A stretch of DNA of 64,000 nt from Octopus sinensis (lineage: Eukaryota). The stretch covers positions 12,152,001 through 12,216,000 of the forward strand of contig NC_043018.1 of NCBI RefSeq assembly GCF_006345805.1, written 5' to 3'. The notes beneath the pieces were generated by a model. That model did no database searches. It saw only the letters and a program-made list of their open reading frames with translations, and was not told the DNA's origin. The translations under genes and the position numbers were made by a program. Shown here piece after piece: positions 20,201 through 32,043 of this stretch. The first letter of the stretch is position 1; each line of letters begins with the position of its first letter.

Positions 20201-23200
20201 TCAGTCAGGTGAAGCTAATAAATTGAAGAAAGCAAAAATCACATTGAATGATTGCCTTGCCTGCAGTGGATGTATCACCTCAGCAGAAAGTGTACTCATC
20301 TCACAGCAAAGTTCTGAGGAATTATACAAAGTCTTGGAGCAGAATTCTGCCATTCAAAAGGTAGACAAAAATTCTTATTTATTCACTTTATTCAGTTGTT
20401 TTTTTTTGTTTTCAGTTTTTACTTAATTTGTATTTTTAAAAAATTAAAGTTTATTTTTATTTTCCGTCTTGCAACCTTTTCAATAGTCTTGACTATTGAA
20501 AAGGTTGCAAGATGCAACGAAAATTTTAGGAAAATAAAAATAAGAAATAAGTGGAAATTTTACCAGTGAGTGTGTTACATAATAAGGCACAAAAAGAAAA
20601 TGACTCTCCCCAGACACAACAGTATATAATAACAGATATGCCTAATGTTAATAATAAGGGGGGAAAATGAATAAGTATTAGTCCAAGCAGTGACAGAGAG
20701 AGAGAGAGAGAGAGTCGGCCTCCATTGTTGATGAAAAGAAAATTGTATGTCATTGCTGGGGCAATGTGGACGAGTAAGCAAGTTTCCAATGTTGAAGAGA
20801 GAAAGAAAACATAACAATACATCTAATGATCTGAAAGTTGATTATTATCATTGTTATTAAGCTAGTACTTACTAATTTAATTAACAGGAATTAATATCTT
20901 GCAGTTTGGTAACAAATCTCCACAAATCTCAAGAATTTTCCTTAAGATTCTTGCAGAATATAGGATAGTACTTATCTGCAAGTGGACAATACAAATTTCA
21001 ATTCCAATCTCTTTCAGTCTTTTTGGTAGCTTTTTGGGGTGTTCTGTCAAGTTTACCAATTACTAAAGGAATACTTGTTGTCTTAGTTTTCCAGTCTCCC
21101 CAGCTCTTTGGCTAGACCCTGATATTTCTCCACTTTTTCAATTTATTTGATATTGACTTGGAGTTGATAAAATAAGTGCTTGTTGCACACTGGAATCAAG
21201 ATAGGCAACTAAATCCCTCACCTGAAATTGTTGGCCTTGGGCTAAATTTTGAAATTATTATTATTATTATTATTATCGGTACCAGTGCCGGTGGCACACA
21301 AGAAAACCACCCAAACGTGGCCGTAACCAGTACCGCGCATCGACTGGCCTCCGTGCTGTGGGCACAACACACACCATCCGATCGTGCCGTTCGCCAGCTC
21401 ATCTGGCACCTGTGCCGGTGGCACATAAAGACACCATCAAGACCCGGCGACGTAGTCAGTCCACCTGTGCATACCTTCCCTCTTATGACACTTGTGAAGA
21501 CCTGTTGAGGCAAGTGTGTGACACTTGTGAAGACCTGTTGAGGCAGAGGCAAGTGTGTGACACTTGTGGAGACCTGTTGAGGCAAGTGTGTGACCCTTGT
21601 GAAGACCTGTTGAGGCAAGTGAAAACCAGTGAAAATCAACCAATCAAAATAGATGAATATCAATGGAATTTGTATCTTTGTGGTTCCAGTACCGGTGGCA
21701 CACAAGAAACCATCCGAACGTGGCCGTAGCTGGTACCCGCATCGACTGGCCTCCGTGCTATGGGCACAACAAACACCATCTGATCGTGGCCGTTCGCCAG
21801 CCTCACCTGGCACCTGTGTCGGTGGCACATAAAAAACACCATCCAAAGACCCGGCGACGTAGTCAGTCCACCTGTGCATACCTTCCCTCTTATGACACTT
21901 GTGAAGACCTGTTGAGGCAGAGGCAAGTGTGTGACACTTGTGAAGACCTGTTGAGGCAGAGGCAAGTGTGTGACACTTGTGGAGACCTGTTGAGGCAAGT
22001 GTGTGACCGCGTGACACTTGTGAAGACCTGTTGAGGCAAGTGAAATCAAACCAATCAAAATAGATGATCAATGGAATTGTATCTTTGTGGTTCCAGTACC
22101 GGTGGCACACAAGAAACCATCCGATCGTGGCCGTTCGCCAGCCACATCTGGCACCTGTGTCGGTGGCACATAAAGCAAACCATCCGAAGACCCGGCGACG
22201 TAGACAGTCCACCTGTGCATACCTTCCTTCTTGTGACACTTGTGAAGACCTGTGAGGCAAGTGAAAATCAAATCAAATCAAAACAAATCAAAAGATGAAC
22301 ATAAATGGAATTTGTATCTTTGTGGTACCAGTGCCGGTGGCACACAAGAAAATCATCCGAACGTGGCCGTAGCCAGTACCGCATAGACTGGCCTCCGTGC
22401 TTTGGGGACGTAACACACCATCCGATCGTGGCCGCCGCCAGCCTCATCTGGCACCGTGTCGGTGGCACATAAAAACCCCATCCGAGCGTGGCCGTCTGCC
22501 AGCCTCGTCTGGCACCTGTGTCGGTGGCACATAAAAACACCATCCGAGCGTGGCGTCTGCCAGCCTCGTCTGGCACCTGTGTCTGTGGCACATAAAAACA
22601 CCATCCGAGCGTGGCCGTTCGCCAGCCTCGTCTGGCACCTGTGTCGGTGGCACATAAAATCACCCACTACACTCTCGGAGTGGTTGGCGTTAGAAGGGCA
22701 TCCAGCTGTAGAAAACACTGCCAGATCTGACTGGCCTGGTGCAGCCTTCGGGCTCCCCAGACCCAGTTGAACCGTCCAACCCATGCTAGCATGGAAAACG
22801 GACGCTAAATGATGATGATGATGATGATGATTGATTATCGAATAAGAGAGCAGTGCATGCCATCAAAATGACACTGGGGTAAACTATACAAAGCCCAGTA
22901 TACCCATCATGACTACCTGCTGATAAGGGTACACCAGGCACATGCATCACAACCATATGTGCGCGACATGGTGATCTCATAACAAGATAAACAGCGCATG
23001 ACCTTGTAGGTGGGGCCTAGTTAGAATTTTCTTCAGGTCAAGTAGCCCATCCCACTCAAAAGGCCCCTGAAATAAGAGTTGTTTAAGGGTGTTGAATGAA
23101 ACACCCATGTTTCCAAAGGTGAATTAGTCAAACCCCAAAGAATCCCTCTCAACACCTGGCTATGATGCTCCCCCACTACTTCTGCTCGTGATCAGAGATG

Positions 23201-26200
23201 CACATATCGTAAGCCACCAAGGGACATGCTCAACTGGTTATGGTCAAACAACTGACAAGCAAATCTGTGGTATTGAGCAGAATATTTGCTGTAGACCATC
23301 TTTTATACCAAGACAAAACAATGTACATGATAACACTTCCAATCAGTTAAGATCAGAAGCCATGAGAGCCACTGCCTGATACTGCATCAGGGCATTTATT
23401 ATTATTATTATTATTTCACAGGAGTGGCTGTGTGGTAAGTGGATTTGGTAGATGGAAACTGAAAGAAGCCTGTCTGTGTTTGTCCCCCCACCATTAACTG
23501 ACAACCAGTGTTGGTGTGTTTACATCCGTAACTTAGTGGTTCAGCAAAAGAGACGATAGAATAAGTACTAGGCTTACGAAGAATAAGTCTTAGGGTTGAT
23601 TTGTTCAACTAAAGGTGGTGCTCCAGCATGGCTGCAGTCAAATGACTTAAACAAAAGAATACACAACAGATTGAACTGGTGGAAAGGAGAAACTCCTATC
23701 ACTGGGCTACAAGTAACCTTAGTAACCCACAACCTTCCTAAGTATCCTAATAACACTGTTTTCTGGAGCTGCACTAAACTAGATTTTATGACTATTTTCT
23801 CTGTCCATCTGTTGTTCAAATCTTTAGGGATAGTTCCTAATGTACCTAGAACTACTGGGATACGTAAGGTCCATTCTCTGGCACTTTTTATTCTCTTTGT
23901 CTACTACTACTACTACTAAACCAGGCTTTCTAAACAATAACTGCAGTTAGCGCAATGTAAACTTTGAACTCATGACTCTCGGGGTTTGGTAAGGAATCCT
24001 GAACCCTAGCCTGCTTAGCCAATTTGTCTCTCCAATCTGGGAATAACGCATGTTTCATAGATTCTTCCTTCCAACACTCTCAGAGACACTGCAAAACTAA
24101 GCAATTAAAAAAAAAAAGAAGAAAAAAAAGCTAAATTCTAACATTTTAGTCTAACCAGTATCATTCCAGATCTTTCTTCAGATTCTAGAACTTTCTACAA
24201 AGTTAGACTGAGATCCTCTTGTGTTACATATCAGTCCCTGAACCTTCTCCGTTTCCTTCTATTAGCTGTTTCTCACAAAAGGTTCAGTTTCTCTAGATTT
24301 TCTCTAAATGTTCTTTGCCAAGTTTATGTGGTTCTCCTTTTTTCTCTTCCCGTTTGGTGGTAGACAGATTGATGTTTCCATATGTTTTTTGTTCGACATA
24401 TGCAATAAAATGTCTTGTGAAGTGAGTCAGCACTGCTTGATGATGTTTGCTAAAAGTTAAGAATCTGCTCTTTCTAGAAATCTTTCATTGATGAGTTTTC
24501 TGTCTCTGTATGTGATCTTTTCCAGACATCTTTGATGGAGTCTGCTCAGGTTCTGTGATATTGTGATCGTAACTTTTCAAGACTCACCAACATAAATGGT
24601 TGTGGGAATGCCAATGGTTTTTTAGAGTTTGGGTTTATTTGCAGTAGGTAATTATGCCTCCCCCACCACTGTTTTTTTTTTTTAAACATCACTGATGTTT
24701 TCCCAAGTCAGCAATGGATGTCACCTTTGGCAACTTTCTACTCTAAAAGAATTTTTTAAAAGTTAATTATCTTTTATTTTTCTCACTTATACTGCTCACC
24801 GTGCAAATGCAACTTGGTTGCTGAAAACTTTGGCACTCAAGAAGTAAAAGGGAAAAAAATTGTAACAGTTTTTGTGCATTTTTTGATGGTTAAAATGACT
24901 CTTCCGTGACATAATTGCTTCATTTTCAACAGATGGGTTCAGATGAAATTGTTTGTCAGACAACTCAAAAAATTTTTCTTTATTTCTTATAATTATTTTT
25001 ATTGTTATTGTTTTTAAGTAAATCCTTTTTTAAAATATTTGTTATAATTGATATATTTAATCTAATCATCTTTTTTTCCATTTATTGTAATTGTTCTTGT
25101 TTCTTTTTTGTTGTTGTTGTAATTAAATGTTTCCATTGTTTATTTTGAATTTTTAGGGAGAACAATCTGCTAACGAGAAACTCGTTATCGTCTCAATATC
25201 ACCACAATCTCGAGCTTCATTGGCAGCAAACTATAAACTTTCTTTGGAAGACACCGCTAAGAAATTAACAGCCTTTTTCAAAGGTTTAGGTAAGGAATTC
25301 TGTTGTTGTATCATAACATTGATTTCAAACATTTTGCATAAAAACCAAACATATTGTAGAGATAAGGATACAGTTAATTAAAATGATCACTTTATCATCA
25401 TCGTTTAACGTCCGCTTTCCATGCTAGCATGGGTTGGACGATTTGACTGAGGACTGGCGAACCAGATGGCTGCACCAGGCTCCAATTTTGATCTGGCAGT
25501 TTCTACAGCTGGATCCCCTTCCTAACGCCAACCACTCTGAGAGTGTAGTGGGTGCTTTTACGTGCCACCGGCACGGGGGCCAGTCTGGTGGTACTGGCAA
25601 CAGCCATGCTTGAAATGGTGTTTTTTATGTACCACCTGCACAGGAGTCAGTCCAGCGGAACTGGCAATGACTTCACTCGAATGTTTTGTTCACGTGCCAG
25701 TAAGGCGATGCTGGTAACAATCACGCTCAAATACTACTCTTTATGTGCCACTGGCACGGAAGCTAGATAGCTGCTCTGGTAGTGATCCCGCTCAGATGGA
25801 GCTGTTAGTGCGCCACTGGCATGGGTGCCAGTCATCGAATTTGGTTCAATTTCAATTTATCTCCTCAGTAATTGAGAGCTATTAATTTTATCACTTTCAG
25901 GAAAGGTGAAATGCAAAGAAAAACCCTTAGCAAGATATGCATTCCCATCATAAAACATAAAAGAATGAAACTAAATACCACAAGGTGGAGGCATAATTGT
26001 GTGGTTAGTAGGAAGTTCCTTTTGAAATTACATGATTCCAGATTCAAATCATTCTATGCAGTACTTGGGTAAGTGTCTGCTTTGACCTAAGGTCAACCAA
26101 TGGTTTGTGTTTGAAACTTGGTCAACAGAAACTCTGTAGAAGCCCATTGCAGGAATTGCTCCTGTTCTTAGGTGGTAGATTTAATCTTTTGCTCCACACC

Positions 26201-29002
26201 ACCGTCTGATTCTCAAGTGTCTTTAGCAGAGGTCATTTTGTTACCAGCATTGAAGCCAGATCTCTCATCTGAGTATAACTTCCTCATGCAAGTCATGGCT
26301 TGGAATGGACTGTAGATGCTTACCCCTCATCTCACTAAACCATTGAATATTTTTTGAAATAAAAAATCTGTTTCTCGATAGTTTATATCAATCTCTCTGT
26401 CTGTGTAACCAAAAGGGAAAAACCCTCCTCTGCCATCCTCCTTAAAATGAAAGTTTAAGACATATGGAGAGGGTAGAAGGAGGAGGGAGAAAAAGAAAAA
26501 AGTATTCATAGGCAGACAATTTTTTTTTAACAAGGAACTGACACATGGTGCTCAACCTGCTGAAAATAACAGCCAAAAGTCAATCACACCCTCTCATCCT
26601 AAATAAATGCTATATTGAGCAATAATGTTCCTAATGCACAAATGACGAGATTGTTATAAATTTTATGCATTTTGTTGTTGTTTTGTTCAATTCCAACTGA
26701 TTTGGGAACAAATCACCAAAGGTTATTTTTAGCCAAAGGAGTAAAGCTTCTGGATGGGCATCAAATTCCTAGATATCTCTCAAATAATAACCAGAGATCC
26801 TCCTTCAGCACTTGATACACCGATGTCTCGCTTAATTTTGCTGTGGCAGCCAGTTTTCTGACAGAATGACGAGGATTTTGCTGTAAAGCCGAGAGATTTG
26901 CACACTTCTTTTTTGGTCACATCCAAATCGATCAGCAGTGGAACCAGTCTCTTGAAATTTCTTGACAATTTTCCAGACTGGTGTTCGGTTAATTTAAAGC
27001 TTTTTTGCTAAAGCTGTATTACTTTCACGTCCTTCATTTGGGATATAAAATAATAAAAGTTGGTTATAATATTTTTAATTTATAGTTAAGAGAGAAAAGT
27101 TATTTCATATTGTATACTAAAATAGTAGTTTAGAATATATTTTAGAAGTTGTTATTGTTGTTGTTGTTATTATTATTATTATTTCAATGGACTAACAAAT
27201 TGATTCTATTATTCAGAAAAAAAAGTATTAGATATATAAAAAAAATGATAACGTACTAACTTCTCTGAGGAATTTAAATATTATTGCTAAGAAAAATTAA
27301 AGGTATGAGGTAGTTTTTTTTTTTTAAAAACGCTACATATTTACAAGAAATAATTGTAAATAATAATGAGTTATCTCCTTTTGTTCATGTGGTTAAATTA
27401 ATAGATGAACTAATATTCACATGAAAAAATGCGAGCAAGAGAAATAATATTCTTAAGATTATAAACATGGAAAAGTACAGGAAGAGTTATTACATCTGGT
27501 AAAGTACAGATTTTGCTGGGCAAATCAGTCTTACTTTTTGGTCAGTACAGAAATTAGGTTTATGATCCTTAAGGGATATTCTAGGTCTCGAAGGGATAAA
27601 AGGTTTGGTCAAATCATCAATATTATATTCTGTCATTATTTTGTTACACTCAAGGTTAATATTTTTAAGTATATTCTTATTTACTATTTCATATTTTTTT
27701 GTGATTTCCTTCTGTCAGAAAACTGGCTGCCACAGCAAAAATAAGCCAGACATTGATGTGTCGAGTGCTGAAGGAGGATCTCAGGACCCACCCCTACAAG
27801 ATGATCTGCCGTCATCGGCTCACACAAGTTTATAAGGCCATGAGACTGGAGAGAAGTTGTCTTCTCCTGCGTCAGATTGCTGAAGGTATGATGCTCAACC
27901 TGGTGTTCACTGATGAAAAGAAATTTGACATTGAACAGACAGTAAACCACCGGAATGACTGACTTTGGATGTACCTGGCTCTGTTGAGGGTAGTCTCATA
28001 AATTGACATTAAATTCCACAGTCATGGTTTGGGTGGCTGTGACAACCATTGGAAGGTCACCCCTCATTTTTGTACCCTTGGGTATTAAAATTAACACCCA
28101 TCTGTGAAGGTTGACCTTACCTGCTGTCATCATCATCATTGTCCTTGTTGTTTTCACCAACGCCAACACCTCTATTTATTACAGAATCATCACCATCGTT
28201 ATCACCAATAAACTCAAAGCTTTTTTCCTGATGAGTTTCTTCGGTTTTGACTGTCATCAACATTTCTGTATTTAAAATGGTGATATCCTATCCTGTTTAT
28301 TCCAGGTGTTGCTTACATCCTTGACACAACATTTTCAAGAAATTTCAGTTTAATTGAGAGTGCTCAAGAATTCCTTCATCGCTACAAGACTGCCAACATC
28401 AAACAAAGTCCATTCCCCATGTTGACCTCAGCTTGTCCAGGTAAGAGTAGTTTGTGTGTGTTAGTTGTATGTACACACACAACACACATGTACTTTTTAA
28501 AGGTAAACTTTGACGAAGCCAAAAACTTATATTTACAAGAAAAAGGCAATGAAACCAAAACTTCAAAGAATCTGTCAAACTTTTCATTTGAAAAATAACA
28601 CATTTCTACCAAGTTAAGCAACCACACAGGTGTGTACCCGGGTGTGTACTTTTGATTTGTATGACACCTATTTCAGTCTGTCTGTTTTACTCTTACACTT
28701 TTTTGAAATTATGTTCTTAAAAGTTTTTTTCTTCTCTCTTGTTCTTCATTTCCATTTCTTCTCAGAATTAGGATTAACTTTTCAATTAACTTGAATGTTT
28801 ATTCTAAGGCTGTGTGTAAAGTTAAAGGCGCAGGAGTGGCCGTGTGGTAAGTAGCTTGCTTGCCAACCACATGGTTCTGGGTTCATTCCCACTGTGTGGA
28901 ACCTTGGGCAAAGTGTCTTCTACTATAGCCTCAGGCCGACCAAAGCCTTGTGAGTGGATTTGATGGACGGAAACTTAAAGAAGCCCGTCGTATATATGTA
29001 TG

Positions 29003-29061
<59 letters not shown>

Positions 29062-31985
29062 ATATATATATATGTTTGTGTGTCTGTGTTTGTCCCTCCA
29101 ACATCGCTTGACAACCGATGGTGGTGTGCTTACATCCCTGTAACTTAGTGGTTCGGCAAAAGAGACCGATAGAATAAGTACTAGGCTTCCAAAGAATAAG
29201 TCCCGGGGTCGAGTTGCTCGACTAAAGGCGGTGCTCCAGCATGGCCACAGTCAAATGACTGAAACAATTAAAAGAGTAATGTTAATTGTAATTAATCTCT
29301 CCTGAAGTATCTCTGTTTTTTCTTTTCTGATGATTTCTCCAAGGATGGATCTGCTATGCCGAAAAAACCCACGGATCATTTATTCTCCCTTATATCAGCA
29401 CAACAAAATCTCCACAGCAAATCATGGGATCCTATGTGAAAGACTTGTTTGCCAACCTACACGGCAAGAGGCCCAGTGATGTCTACCATGTCACCGTGAT
29501 GCCATGCTATGATAAAAAGCTGGAAGCTTCACGCCAAGACTTCTACAATGACCTCTACAGCACCAGAGATGTTGATTGTGTTATCAGCACTGGTGAGTCA
29601 TCTAGATGTTTCTATAATATATTATGTACACATTAATATCATCATCATCTTCATTTAACATCTGTTGTCCATGCTGGCATGGGTTAGATGGTTTGACCCG
29701 GGCTGGTAAGCTGAGGGGCTGCGCCAGACTCCAGTGTTACCAGGAATACAGCATCAGTGGTGCTTCTCCCTGGAACAAACCCAAACTGCATCTCATCTAA
29801 ACTAACCCTCACCTTAATTTGTTGGGCTATGACCCCCGTCCATGACTTTCATTACCTGATCGAACAACTTGGTACCTCTGTAATTATTCGTATCTAATGC
29901 ATCACCTTTACCTTTGTAGCAGTTGACTATGGTGCTGCTACACCAGTCATTGGGTATGACTCCTTCGTGTATCACCCGATACATGAATTTTCAAAATGTT
30001 TAGAAAAAGATTGTCAAAAGCAAAATGTGAAGCTTTGTATAAAGCTTTGTTGTGTTAAGTCCTGGTTATCACAAAAATATTAAAATACAGATATACATTC
30101 TATGATAATAATAGGAAAATGTTAAAAACAGTTTGCAAGAAAGTATTTAAGAAAATATTCAACAAAAGTATTAGGATTTCAATAAAAGTCATGTTTGTTT
30201 GGTAGTAGTATATATATACACTGAAGCATTGGACTAAGTTTCTTGTAGTATATAGTTACAGCACTTTTCCTTCTGTATTTCAGCTGAGATCAATAGCTAG
30301 TCAGGTATTTGGAGGTAATATAATTGACTGTACCATCCCCTAAATTTTCTCATCTTGTGCCTATGTAAGAAATGATTAATTACGACTGTTGTTATTGTTA
30401 TAGGGTGTTGTATTGGCAAAGTTGGTTTGGATGAAATGCTTTTAGGGATTTAGTCATGGCCCTTAACATCCTGAGTTCAAATTCACTGTGATCATCTTTG
30501 CTATTCATCAGTCAAATACTTGGATCAGTTTAATCCCTAAGTTTGTGATTTTGTGTCTATACCAGAAACTATTGTTTATTTTTTCTTGGCCAGATGAAGT
30601 AGATAAAATGTTCCTGAAGGAGAATGTGTTGTTAGCAGAGATACCATCAATGGAACTTGATCCTATGTAAGTAACAACTATATATTTTATCTTTTCATTG
30701 TCATTTGATGTTAAAGAAGTGGGTTGGAAATTTCACTAGCTCAAACTATTTCAGAGACTAGATACTTCATATAATAAGATATTGTTGGGACACTGAACTC
30801 TTCAGTAAGGAAAGTAGACAGCTTGCACAGTGAATTTCTATCTGTCACTATTCAAACCCTAACTGTGTGACGTATAGAGATTGGTGGTCTCATCTGGTGA
30901 AACCATCTAATATCGACTCTGTTCAGAAAATCGGAATAGAAGATGTCATTTGAAGAAAAAACACTCTACAATGAATTCATAGAACCAAGCTGGAGCTTTT
31001 AAATGATTTTACTCCGGCTCACAAATATACACAAGTTGAATAAATCATGAAAGGTATTTACAAACAAAAGGCCATGTTCATCTTCATTTTACCTCTGCTT
31101 TCTATGATGGCATGGGTTAGACAGTTTTACTGAAACTGCTAAGCCAGAGAGCTGCACCGGGTTCCAACCTGATTTGGCATGGTTTTTGTGGCTGGATGCC
31201 TTTCCTAATGCCAAAATACTTAGTAATATTCTGTCTGTCTTTGCATTCTGAATTTAATTCCCGGCAAGGCTGACTTAGCCATTCATCTTTTCAGGGTCAA
31301 TTAAATACGTTCCAGTTGGACTGGACTTTTACCAAAATTGAAAATTTATAAACAAAATTATCATCACCACATTTTCATCCATTATTAGACTCTACTAATT
31401 TGTTTGCTTCTTAAGTAACACTTAATTCCCTTCAACTTTCCACTCCACATGTTGCAGATGTCCTGGTGATGCCCCGCACGAGTTAGTTACCCATGCAGGA
31501 GGTGGGTCTGGAGGTTTTCTCAACTATATACTCAGAATGGCTTCCAAAGACTTGTTTGGCAAAGATCTCGAGGAACTGGAATTAAAAACATTACGGTAAG
31601 AAGAAAGTGTCTTGGTTAACAACACCACTCCAGCTGTGACCATCCTGTCTTTTTGTGTATATGTATATAAAGTAAATTATTATTATCATTAACACTGGGG
31701 TCAATGTAATCAACTAGTCCCCCAAATTTCAGGCCTTGTCCTTTTAGTAGAAAGGATTGTTGTTGTTGTTATAATTACTGTGGCAAGCTGGTAGACTCGT
31801 TAGCAGGTAGACTCGTTAGCAGGCTGGATGAAATGCTTAGCAGTATTTCGCCCATTTCTACAGAAGTCAACTTTACCTTTCATCCTTTCTGGGTCGATAA
31901 ATTAAGTACCAGTGAACTACTGAGGTCAATGTAATCGACTAGTACCCTCCCTGCAATTTCAGACTTTGTACCTTTAGTAGAAAGA

Positions 31986-32043
<58 letters not shown>

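Noticed and set aside
21480-22050. Regularly spaced 33-39 bp repeats resembling a CRISPR array
   Set aside because: Units are contiguous tandem copies without unique spacers, derive from the RTE 3' UTR, and the context is eukaryotic with no cas genes
23320-23400. Possible HDV-like ribozyme at the minus-strand start of the 570-bp block
   Set aside because: P1 and P3 could be partly paired, but there is no room for P4 and J4/2 before the P2 partner
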